From positions 1 through 37,725 of the forward strand of contig DAOSXZ010000001.1 of assembly GCA_035380845.1 (NCBI GenBank): a DNA stretch of 37,725 nt, read 5' to 3'. Below the pieces are notes generated by a model. It was not told the origin of the DNA. It did no database searches and saw only the letters and a program-made list of their open reading frames with translations. The position numbers and the translations under genes were made by a program. This DNA is from Bacteroidales bacterium (GTDB lineage: Bacteria; Bacteroidota; Bacteroidia; Bacteroidales; UBA932). This document shows, piece by piece, positions 24,606 through 32,617 of this stretch. Within the stretch, counting starts at the first letter, position 1; each line of letters starts with the position of its first letter.

Positions 24606-26593
24606 TTACGTAGTTTTTCCAATGCGTACATCTCGTCCCTGAAGCCGGCAGCCGTAATGAAATCAAGTTTAGAGGCGGCATCCTCCATTCTTTGCCTGGC
24701 CATGGCTATTGCTTTTTCCAGTTGAAGCGGGGTCATGGAAAGTGTAACGGGATCCGCGGCAACCAGGGAAGCCATATCTGATTGCTCCCGGTATATATTA
24801 CCCTGCCTTAAGGTATCCCGTACATTTTTAGCTATTTGTGTGGGAGTTATCCCATTTTCACGGTTATACTGTATCTGCTTTTTGCGTCTTCTTTCTGTTT
24901 CCCGGATCGTCCGCTCCATGGAATCTGTTATGCGGTCAGCATACATAATTACCTTTCCGTCTACATTACGTGCCGCCCTTCCGGCTGTCTGTGTGAGCGC
25001 TCTTTCCGACCTTAGGAATCCTTCCTTGTCTGCGTCCAGTATGGCAACCAGCGATACTTGCGGAAGGTCAAGACCTTCACGCAAAAGGTTGACTCCTATG
25101 AGCACATCGTAATACCCCTTCTGAAACTCCTCAAGGATCCTGATTCGTTCCAGGGTTTCCACATCCGAGTGAATATAAGTGCAACGGATTTGAATTTTTT
25201 GCAGAAATTTATCCAATTCTTCAGCCATACGTTTGGTCAGGGTGGTAACCAATACACGCTGGTCTTTGGAAGCACAGATACGGATCTCTTCTATCAGGTC
25301 ATCTATTTGTCCTTCGGTTTTCCTTACTTCCACTGGCGGATCCAGCAGACCCGTTGGACGTACTACCTGTTCTACTATCAAACCGCCGGATTTTTCCAAT
25401 TCATAATCTGCCGGGGTGGCAGAGACGTACATGCGCTGGCCAATGACCGAGTCAAATTCCTCAAAAGTCAGGGGTCTGTTGTCAGCGGCAGCCGGCAGGC
25501 GAAATCCGTACTCAATAAGCACCTCTTTCCTGGAACGGTCGCCTCCGAACATCGCCCTGATCTGGGGCAGGGTGACATGACTTTCATCAATAATGGTCAA
25601 GAAATCGCCGGCAAAATAATCCAGCAGGCAGAAAGGTCTGGTGCCGGGGGGTCTTCCGTCAAAATACCGGGAATAATTTTCTATACCCGAACAATAACCC
25701 AGTTCCCGGATCATTTCAATATCAAATTCCACACGTTGCAACAGCCGGTTTGCTTCCAAATGTTTCCCCGCATCTTTCAGGTATGCCACACGTTCGGTCA
25801 GATCATCCTGTATGTTCCGGATGGCTTTTTCCTTTCTTTCTTTTGTGGTCACAAAAGCACTGGCAGGATAGATGGCAATCCCTTCAATCCTTTCCAAAAT
25901 ACCGCCTGTTACCGGGTCAAAACGTTCTATGGACTCAATTTGATCGCCCCAAAAGGCGATCCGGCAAGCTATATCATCATATGCCAGGTATATATCAACG
26001 ACATCTCCCCTGACCCGGAAAGTACCCCTTTTGAACTCGTTCTCGTTACGTGAATAAAGGGCATCCACCAATCTGTACAACAACTGGTTGAAATCATGCG
26101 CCTGTCCTGTTTTCAAGGTTATGGTGTTGGCGTGAAAATCGTCCGGATTCCCTATCCCGTACAGGCATGAAACACTGGATACAACCAACACGTCCCGCCT
26201 GCCGCTAAGCAGCGCAGATGAAGTGCTTAGACGTAGCTTCTCTATTTCATCGTTTATACTCAGGTCTTTTTCAATATATACATCTGTAACGGGAAGGTAT
26301 GCTTCCGGCTGGTAATAATCGTAATAGGATACAAAATATTCCACCGCGTTATCGGGGAAAAAACTCTTGAATTCCGAATAAAGCTGTGCTGCCAGTGTTT
26401 TGTTATGGCTGATGACCAGCGTGGGCCTTTGCAATTTTTCCACCACATTGGCCATGGTAAAGGTTTTGCCGGATCCCGTAACACCCAGCAATACGGCAGC
26501 TCCGGTACCATCCCTGAAGAGGGCACTCAGCTGATCTATTGCCTGCGGCTGATCTCCCGTAGGCTTGTAGGGTGCTTTAAGATTGAATTCCAT
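24602..26593 (-). CDS. uvrB: Excinuclease ABC subunit UvrB
   Basis: 663 aa. Motifs: P.GDQP.AI, Walker A GVTGSGKT, DESH box (IIDESHVT), helicase motif VI TAGRAARN, and the C-terminal UVR motif. Confidence 0.95.
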   Translation of the reverse strand: MEFNLKAPYKPTGDQPQAIDQLSALFRDGTGAAVLLGVTGSGKTFTMANVVEKLQRPTLVISHNKTLAAQLYSEFKSFFPDNAVEYFVSYYDYYQPEAYLPVTDVYIEKDLSINDEIEKLRLSTSSALLSGRRDVLVVSSVSCLYGIGNPDDFHANTITLKTGQAHDFNQLLYRLVDALYSRNENEFKRGTFRVRGDVVDIYLAYDDIACRIAFWGDQIESIERFDPVTGGILERIEGIAIYPASAFVTTKERKEKAIRNIQDDLTERVAYLKDAGKHLEANRLLQRVEFDIEMIRELGYCSGIENYSRYFDGRPPGTRPFCLLDYFAGDFLTIIDESHVTLPQIRAMFGGDRSRKEVLIEYGFRLPAAADNRPLTFEEFDSVIGQRMYVSATPADYELEKSGGLIVEQVVRPTGLLDPPVEVRKTEGQIDDLIEEIRICASKDQRVLVTTLTKRMAEELDKFLQKIQIRCTYIHSDVETLERIRILEEFQKGYYDVLIGVNLLREGLDLPQVSLVAILDADKEGFLRSERALTQTAGRAARNVDGKVIMYADRITDSMERTIRETERRRKKQIQYNRENGITPTQIAKNVRDTLRQGNIYREQSDMASLVAADPVTLSMTPLQLEKAIAMARQRMEDAASKLDFITAAGFRDEMYALEKLRK

Positions 26594-26612
26594 ACGAAAA
26601 TTTTCCGGATGA

Positions 26613-26620
26613 CAAATTTA
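26613..26620 (-). promoter_or_regulatory. -7 promoter box TAAATTTG upstream of uvrB
   Basis: Plus-strand caaattta reads TAAATTTG on minus, 19 nt upstream of the uvrB ATG (26593). It lies in the only sizeable gap (61 nt) in the 32113-18910 minus-strand gene run. Confidence 0.5.
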
Positions 26621-26654
26621 CGGAAAAAATAGCGAGTGGCTGTTACAGGAGCTG

Positions 26655-27182
26655 TCAGTACATTAAAAAACCGGCCACACCACCCATAAACATCAACAGT
26701 ATGGGATGTACTTTGTAAAAATATGCAGCCAGGAATGCCAGGGAGAACAACAGGTAACTGCGGTAATCCACAAAATTCTCGGGAGTAGCCATAACCAGAA
26801 CGGCAGATGCTATCAACCCTACCACCACAGGACGGATGGCCCGGAAGATTCCCTGAACAGTCATATTGTTTTTGAATTTGATGATCACACGGCTCACGAG
26901 GATCATCAGTACCACAGAAGGGATTATCAGGGCCATGGTTGCCATGACAGACCCCAGAACATTGCCGCCGGAAGAGGTATAACCCACGTAAGTGGCCGTA
27001 TTGATAGCTATGGGTCCCGGTGTCATCTGGGATACGGCAACAATATCCGAGAATTCCTGCATGGTAAGCCAGCCGTGATGTCCAACCACCTCGTCCTGTA
27101 TCAGGGACAACATGGCATATCCGCCTCCGAAACAGAACAGGCCTATCTTCAAAAAAGTCAGAAAAAGTTGCAAATAGATCAT
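26655..27182 (-). CDS. Short-chain chromate-ion-transporter (CHR) family protein, second of a pair
   Basis: 175 aa. FLKIGLFCFGGGYAMLSLI and the QMTPGP motif are typical of CHR monodomain proteins. ATGA overlap with the upstream partner. Confidence 0.8.
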   Translation of the reverse strand: MIYLQLFLTFLKIGLFCFGGGYAMLSLIQDEVVGHHGWLTMQEFSDIVAVSQMTPGPIAINTATYVGYTSSGGNVLGSVMATMALIIPSVVLMILVSRVIIKFKNNMTVQGIFRAIRPVVVGLIASAVLVMATPENFVDYRSYLLFSLAFLAAYFYKVHPILLMFMGGVAGFLMY

Positions 27183-27730
27183 ACGCCTTTTTTCCTTTTC
27201 CTGTATATATCAATACGGTACCACACATAACCGCCCAGTCCGGCAGCCAGTATCACCCATACGGGGGAAATCCCAAAAAGCCAGATTAGCAAAGCAGACG
27301 AAGCGGCAATAAACCCGGTTACCACAGTCAGTCCTATTGCCCTCATGGTCGTAATAACCGGAACCGCAATAAGGGCTACTACTACGGGACGCATCCCTAA
27401 AAATATCCGTTCTACAACCGGATTATCACGGAAATTTTTAAAAAACAGAGCCAGCGCCAGAATAACACAAAAAGGAGCGATCACCGCACCTGTAACAGCC
27501 GTCAGGGCCCCCTTCAAACCTTTCAGGCGGTACCCTACGCCCACAGCTATATTGACAGCTATCACTCCGGGAAGTGTCTGAGTAGCAGCTATGAGATCCG
27601 TAAAATCTTCTTTTGTGATCCATTTTTTCCTGTCTACCACCTCGGCCTCAATCAAAGGCAGCATAGCCAGACCACCGCCAATGGTGAACGCGCCGATCCT
27701 GAAAAAAACAGAAAACAGATCCCTATACAT
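27179..27730 (-). CDS. Short-chain chromate-ion-transporter (CHR) family protein, first of a pair
   Basis: I prefer the ATG at 27730 (MYRDLFSVFFRIGAFTIGGGLAMLPLI). The track's start at 27736 is a TTG. TQTLPG motif present. It lies 2 nt after the mtaB stop. Confidence 0.8.
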   Translation of the reverse strand: MYRDLFSVFFRIGAFTIGGGLAMLPLIEAEVVDRKKWITKEDFTDLIAATQTLPGVIAVNIAVGVGYRLKGLKGALTAVTGAVIAPFCVILALALFFKNFRDNPVVERIFLGMRPVVVALIAVPVITTMRAIGLTVVTGFIAASSALLIWLFGISPVWVILAAGLGGYVWYRIDIYRKRKKGV

Positions 27731-27732
27731 AA

Positions 27733-29001
27733 TCAATCCAGTATTACTTCCACCACCCTGTTGATCAGGGCACGCTGGTAAGGTCTTTCAACCCTTATGT
27801 AATTCCTTGTATAACCATGCATTTTCCGGTCTCGGGTCTTTCCCTCGAACAGCACTTCCTCCTGCCTGCCTTTATTGGCAAGAATGAAATCCCGGTGCAG
27901 CATATCGGACAATTCCCCCAATTCATGCGCCCTCCGGGTGATTATTCCATCCCTTACCCGCTCGCTAACCGGGAAGGAGGCCGCACGTGTGCCGGGTCTC
28001 ACAGAAAACGGGAACACATGTAAATAAGAGGGTTTCAGATCTTTCAGCAAATTGTATGTATTGATAAAATCCTCCTCGCTTTCCCCGGGAAACCCGGTTA
28101 TCACATCTATTCCGGTAAAAGCATGTGGCATCAGGGAGTGAATCTTCTGCATCTTTTGGGCGAACAAGTCAACCCGGTACCTTCTTCCCATTCTTTTAAG
28201 AACAGGATCACTGCCGCTCTGCAACGGGATATGAAAATGCGGCAAAAAAGGCTTTCCTGCGGCAATTTTCTCAATTATACCATCGGTCAGAAGATTCGGT
28301 TCAATGGACGAGATACGGTACCTTTCGATTCCGGAAACGGTTGCCAAAGCATCCAGCAGATCAGAAAAGGACTCGCCGGTGGTTTTGCCGAAATCCCCCG
28401 TATTCACGCCTGTCAATACGATCTCTTTGACGCCTTTGGCTGCAATTTCCCTTGCCTGGCTCACAACATCTGCTATGGGGATGTTGCGGCTTCTGCCTCT
28501 GGCCAGGGGAACGGTACAATACGTACAATGGTAATCACATCCGTCCTGTACTTTCAGAAAAGACCGCGTTCTGTCCCGGTTGTTCTCTCCTGCCGAATAA
28601 GCACGAAAAAAGCCATCTTCTGTTTCACTCGGCCTGATATAAACTTTCCCTGCCTCCAAATCCCCTACAGCACGGATTATCCGGTCTCTGAAACCGGTGC
28701 CGAACAAGGATGAAATTCCCTTTATGGCGCCCAGGCTCCCGGGTCTTAACTGGGCAGAACAGCCGGTTACTACCACATACGCCGAAGGATTGATCCTCAA
28801 CACCTTGCGAATTGCCTGGCGGCTTTTTTTATCTGCGTGTTCGGTTACAGAACAGGTATTTATCAGGTATACATCCGCCTTTTTTGACGAACTGATTTTT
28901 TCATAACCCTGTTGCATAAGATCGCGGGCTATGGTTGCACTTTCCGCATAATTCAGTTTACAGCCAAGTGTAATGACGGCAAAAGTCTTTTTCTCATTCA
29001 T
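27733..29001 (-). CDS. mtaB: Radical-SAM methylthiotransferase, MtaB-type (ms2t6A37 tRNA modification)
   Basis: 422 aa. N-terminal UPF0004 domain (TLGCKLNYAES...NTCSVT). Radical-SAM cluster CDYHCTYC. The short C-terminal TRAM-like end and the length fit MtaB better than MiaB or RimO. Confidence 0.75.
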   Translation of the reverse strand: MNEKKTFAVITLGCKLNYAESATIARDLMQQGYEKISSSKKADVYLINTCSVTEHADKKSRQAIRKVLRINPSAYVVVTGCSAQLRPGSLGAIKGISSLFGTGFRDRIIRAVGDLEAGKVYIRPSETEDGFFRAYSAGENNRDRTRSFLKVQDGCDYHCTYCTVPLARGRSRNIPIADVVSQAREIAAKGVKEIVLTGVNTGDFGKTTGESFSDLLDALATVSGIERYRISSIEPNLLTDGIIEKIAAGKPFLPHFHIPLQSGSDPVLKRMGRRYRVDLFAQKMQKIHSLMPHAFTGIDVITGFPGESEEDFINTYNLLKDLKPSYLHVFPFSVRPGTRAASFPVSERVRDGIITRRAHELGELSDMLHRDFILANKGRQEEVLFEGKTRDRKMHGYTRNYIRVERPYQRALINRVVEVILD

Positions 29002-29359
29002 TTTGTAAATCCTTCCGGGTAAGTGTCACGGAAGCCCTGCCCGCTTCCCCTCCCAGGGACGGTGTCAGTTTTGATACCGTAATCCGGCATTCTGTCAGTG
29101 CAAAAGCATCCGTAAGACGTCGCAGGATCCTTCCTGCCACATGTTCCAGCAACAAACTGGAAATTGCCATTTCTGCGGATATCAATTCGTAAACATGTGA
29201 ATAATCTATCGCATCTTCCAAAGAGTCGGTTAAAGCCGCTTTACATCCGTCCGTAATCATTTCAACATCCACTTTAAACCGGGTCCCAATCAGACGTTCT
29301 TCTTCAAAACATCCGTGATGCGCATAAAACATCAAATCATGCAAAGCAATGGTAGCCAT
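28994..29359 (-). CDS. folB: Dihydroneopterin aldolase
   Basis: I prefer the ATG at 29359 (MATIALHDLMFYAHHGCFEEERLIGTRFKVDV). The track's start at 29365 is a TTG. The pattern ...YGYHG.F.EE...GQ.F.VD and D.L..TIDY.. is typical of FolB. Confidence 0.8.
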   Translation of the reverse strand: MATIALHDLMFYAHHGCFEEERLIGTRFKVDVEMITDGCKAALTDSLEDAIDYSHVYELISAEMAISSLLLEHVAGRILRRLTDAFALTECRITVSKLTPSLGGEAGRASVTLTRKDLQNE

Positions 29360-29361
29360 AA

Positions 29362-30078
29362 TCAATCAGCCATTATTAAAAATACACAAGGTTTTTTCTT
29401 GTACAGCCCCTCAAAATCGGGTTCATTTTTTCGCCAGTCACCTATGGAACGCGTTCCTATAAAAGCATCCGGCATGGTAAGGTCTATGGCAACAGTCAGC
29501 CTGGTACGGGGATTGCAGCCGGCTACCAGTGCCCGGAACAATGTTGCGTTTCTGTATGGTGTTTCAATAAAGATTTGTGTCTGATGATTTCTTGCCGAGT
29601 CTTTTTCCAGCTCCCTGATCTTTTTATCCCGCTCCTGCGGCTTGACCGGGAGGTAGCCGTGGAATGCAAATTGCTGCCCGTTGAGTCCCGAGCCCATCAG
29701 CGCAAGCATCAGGGATGAAGGTCCGGTAAGAGGAACCACCCGGAATCCGTTTTCATGCGCCAGAGCCACCAACGCCGCACCGGGATCTGCTACGGCAGGC
29801 AATCCGGCTTCCGAAATCAATCCCATGGAAAAACCTTTATGCATGGGATCCAACAACGGAATCAGCTCATTCTTAGCTGTATGCTCGTTTAACAATTCCA
29901 ACTCTAAAGTATTGACCTGCAATCCCAGGGAAGAAAGATAACGCCTTGCTGTTCTCAATTCTTCAACCACAAAATAACGTAAATCACGGACTTTCTGAAT
30001 GGTCCCTTCCGGAATGACCTGCCGGGGATCGGTATCTCCCAGCGGTGCCGGTATCAGGTATAAAACAGCATCTTTCAT
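29362..30078 (-). CDS. Tetrapyrrole-methylase-fold SAM-dependent methyltransferase (RsmI-like)
   Basis: 238 aa. LYLIPAPLGD N-terminus, GLISEAGLPAVADPG and VVPLTGPSS blocks as in RsmI/YraL-type enzymes. ATGA overlap with mltG. Confidence 0.7.
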   Translation of the reverse strand: MKDAVLYLIPAPLGDTDPRQVIPEGTIQKVRDLRYFVVEELRTARRYLSSLGLQVNTLELELLNEHTAKNELIPLLDPMHKGFSMGLISEAGLPAVADPGAALVALAHENGFRVVPLTGPSSLMLALMGSGLNGQQFAFHGYLPVKPQERDKKIRELEKDSARNHQTQIFIETPYRNATLFRALVAGCNPRTRLTVAIDLTMPDAFIGTRSIGDWRKNEPDFEGLYKKKPCVFLIMAD

Positions 30079-31130
30079 TGACCCAGGCCCTCCTGCCGCA
30101 GACGCTCTGTTAAAGCACGCTGGAATCTCCGGGCATTTTTCATATGTTCCCGTAATGTAGGGGCAAAATTGTGGTATCCGCTAAAATCTTCTTTAGCACA
30201 GAAATACAGGTAGTCGTGATCCTGGTAATTTAATACGGCGTCTATGGCATCTATGGACGGCACACTTATGGGACCGGGGGGAAGCCCCCGGTTTTTATAC
30301 GTATTGTAAGGAGAATCAATGCGTGTATGTGCCTTGAGAACCCTGCGAATGGTATAATCTCCGGCAGCAAAGATCAATGTAGGATCTGCCTGCAACGGCA
30401 TATTGATCCGGAGACGGTTTAAATAAACACCCGCAACGGCAGGCATTTCGTCTGTTTTCTTAGTTTCTTCATAGACAATAGAAGCCAGCGTACTTACTTC
30501 CAGAGGTGTCATTCCTAACATGCGGGCTTTTTCCTTTCTGGTATCGTTCCAAAACCGTTCGTATTCACGGGACATCCGTTTTAGAAGTTCTTCTTCAGAT
30601 ATGGTCCAGTAAACCTGGTACGTATTCGGGATGAACATGGCCCGTATGCCGACCGAATCAAATCCCATAGATGCTATCAGGGAATCATTCCGGAGATGAG
30701 ACAACACCCCTGCCGAATCAATTTCCAGATTCCGGGACAATACGGCAGCCAGTCGTTCAAATGTTCTTATGCTTCCGGAAATGGTTATGTTCAAAGGATC
30801 CTGCCAGCCCATAGCCAGCTTTCTTGCCAGCTGCTGGTTATTCATGTCCGGGTCTATGGCATACCTTCCGGGGTGAACATTCTCCGGGAGGTTTTCGTGT
30901 GCAGCTGCCCAACGGAAAGTTTTTTCATGTTTTAAATGGCCATTGTCGGTCAGGCTGTCCATAATTTGCTCAAAATCTGCACCGTGCGGTATTAATAAAT
31001 ACGAAACAATGCCGTCTTTTATAATGATGTTCTTATGACGAAAAGTTAAAAAAAACCATCCTGCTGCAACAACAACCGCTAACAGGATCAATACCAAAAC
31101 GCTTTTAAAAATTCCAGATCTTCTTCTCAT
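30075..31130 (-). CDS. mltG: Endolytic peptidoglycan transglycosylase MltG (YceG-like)
   Basis: 351 aa. N-terminal TM. Motifs: LASIVYEET, VAGVYLNRL...MPLQADPT, YNTY...GLPPGPI and NP.......L.A...P....YLYF. Confidence 0.9.
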   Translation of the reverse strand: MRRRSGIFKSVLVLILLAVVVAAGWFFLTFRHKNIIIKDGIVSYLLIPHGADFEQIMDSLTDNGHLKHEKTFRWAAAHENLPENVHPGRYAIDPDMNNQQLARKLAMGWQDPLNITISGSIRTFERLAAVLSRNLEIDSAGVLSHLRNDSLIASMGFDSVGIRAMFIPNTYQVYWTISEEELLKRMSREYERFWNDTRKEKARMLGMTPLEVSTLASIVYEETKKTDEMPAVAGVYLNRLRINMPLQADPTLIFAAGDYTIRRVLKAHTRIDSPYNTYKNRGLPPGPISVPSIDAIDAVLNYQDHDYLYFCAKEDFSGYHNFAPTLREHMKNARRFQRALTERLRQEGLGQ

Positions 31131-31141
31131 ACAATGATCAC

Positions 31142-32113
31142 TTATCTAAGACGTAATACCGTTCCCGGGATCAATTCGCCTTCTATCCCGGCATTCATAC
31201 TATGCAACGATCCCAGTCTTATTCCAAAACGCTGGGATACATCGTGCCAGGTTTCTCCTTCACGGGATGTCCATGTGGTTGTCAGTTCCGGACCTTTCCC
31301 GGCTTTGCGCTCCAGGTATACTTTTTCTCCAACAGCCAAACCGGCATTCCGGGAAACATCGTTAAAGCGGGTAATTTCTCCGCGGAAAAGCCTGTATTCG
31401 GCAGCCAAAGAACGGTAGGTATCTCCGGGTGCAGCCAGGATATATTTCTTCCCGTTTGTCAACCGGATTCTTCTTTCCAGTGAAATGGCAAACACATCAT
31501 CATCCTTTGGAAGAATCAGCTGTTCCAAACGATCCCCGGTAACAACGGGTTCCTCCCCGGCTTCCGCAACAGGATAACTGTCGTACAAGTACAACCGGTT
31601 CTTTTCTATAAGGTCTATGAGCAATTGGGCATACCTTGGATTGGTCGCATAACCCGCCTCTTTAAGGCCGTATGCCCATCCTTTGTAATCGGCAGGATCC
31701 AGTTGGAACAAGCCGGCATAACGGGGACGTGTGCTTAAAAAATCGGAATGATCGTAATAAGAATCTTCAGGGGTAGGATACTTTCTGAAACACTCCCCGG
31801 CGGAGTCGTCGTCGTGATAGATCCGGTCTCCTTCCCATTCGTGGCATTTGATACCAAAATGGTTGTTTGCTTCTACAGCCAGACGGCTGTTCCCGTTGCC
31901 GGATTCCAGGCAACCCTGCGCCAGTATGATACTGGCAGGTATACCGTACCGGTGCATCTGCTTTATGGCAATATTTTTGTAATGAGCTATGTATTGTTCA
32001 CGAGTCAATTCCTGAACCCGTTGACCGGATAAGGGACCGGCAACAACAGTGACATTTGCCGGCAGAATAAATAAAACTATGCAAAATGCCTTATATAGAC
32101 ACGGATTCAACAT
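31142..32113 (-). CDS. Glucosaminidase-domain (GH73-like) peptidoglycan hydrolase with two C-terminal LysM domains
   Basis: I prefer the ATG at 32113 (MLNPCLYKAFCIVLFILPA...). GIPASIILAQGCLESGNGNSRLA..ANNHFGIK is the GH73 catalytic block. The LysM-like units are at YILAAPGDTYRSLAAEY... and TWTSREGETWHDVSQRFGI.... Confidence 0.85.
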   Translation of the reverse strand: MLNPCLYKAFCIVLFILPANVTVVAGPLSGQRVQELTREQYIAHYKNIAIKQMHRYGIPASIILAQGCLESGNGNSRLAVEANNHFGIKCHEWEGDRIYHDDDSAGECFRKYPTPEDSYYDHSDFLSTRPRYAGLFQLDPADYKGWAYGLKEAGYATNPRYAQLLIDLIEKNRLYLYDSYPVAEAGEEPVVTGDRLEQLILPKDDDVFAISLERRIRLTNGKKYILAAPGDTYRSLAAEYRLFRGEITRFNDVSRNAGLAVGEKVYLERKAGKGPELTTTWTSREGETWHDVSQRFGIRLGSLHSMNAGIEGELIPGTVLRLR

Positions 32114-32117
32114 GCTG

Positions 32118-32125
32118 CAAATGTA
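32118..32125 (-). promoter_or_regulatory. -7 promoter box TACATTTG for the glucosaminidase-to-chrA gene run
   Basis: Plus-strand caaatgta reads TACATTTG on minus, 4 nt upstream of the ATG at 32113. Confidence 0.45.
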
Positions 32126-32136
32126 GCATAAATTAT

Positions 32137-32144
32137 TATATTTG
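32137..32144 (+). promoter_or_regulatory. -7 promoter box TATATTTG for cdd
   Basis: Exact TAnnTTTG match, 23 nt upstream of the ATG at 32168. Confidence 0.5.
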
Positions 32145-32167
32145 CGTTCAATAAACCACCACACCTC

Positions 32168-32605
32168 ATGAACAGGAGTACCCTTAAAATTTATTACTCA
32201 GAGACGGTCAAAGAGAGCCTGGACCGGGAAGATTCCGAATTAGTAGAACAGGCTTTTGCAGCAGCAAAGAATGCCTATTCACCCTATTCCAACTTCCGGG
32301 TGGGAGCTGCTATCCGGCTGGATAACGGCATGATTGTTCAGGGAAACAACCAGGAAAATGCCTCCTTCCCTGCCGGGATCTGTGCCGAACGTACCGCCAT
32401 CTCTTATGCGCATGCCAATTACCCCGAATCAAAAATCCGGGCCATTGCCGTTACAGAATCTCCCTGCGGAGTATGCCGCCAGGTACTTCTGGAAAGTGAA
32501 AAACGAGCAGGTGCTCCCATACGCATGATCCTGGCTAACGGAAATAAAATTTTTATTTTTAACAGCGTGAAAGATCTCCTGCCTTTCGGATTTGATTCTT
32601 TCTGA
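32168..32605 (+). CDS. cdd: Cytidine deaminase (homotetrameric type)
   Basis: 145 aa. Zinc-ligand motifs CAERTAI (C/H-A-E) and SPCGVCRQ (PCxxC). Confidence 0.9.
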   Translation: MNRSTLKIYYSETVKESLDREDSELVEQAFAAAKNAYSPYSNFRVGAAIRLDNGMIVQGNNQENASFPAGICAERTAISYAHANYPESKIRAIAVTESPCGVCRQVLLESEKRAGAPIRMILANGNKIFIFNSVKDLLPFGFDSF

Positions 32606-32617
32606 TTTTTTGTACCT

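Noticed and set aside
27728-27738. Identical 11-nt junction GATTGATTATG (minus sense) at both mtaB/CHR (27728-27738) and methylase/folB (29357-29367): Asp codon, TGA, 2 nt, ATG.
   Set aside because: Six of the 11 nt are fixed by the stop and start codons. With about 20 tight junctions in the window, a chance match of the remaining 5 nt is not improbable. There is no evidence for a specific reinitiation element.
32603-32605. cdd TGA as a readthrough or selenocysteine codon that would fuse Cdd to MnmA, since both are in the same frame.
   Set aside because: The Cdd C-terminus looks complete (..LLPFGFDSF). I saw no SECIS-like hairpin downstream. A fusion would still lack the MnmA PP-loop. It is kept only as a remote alternative under the mnmA finding.
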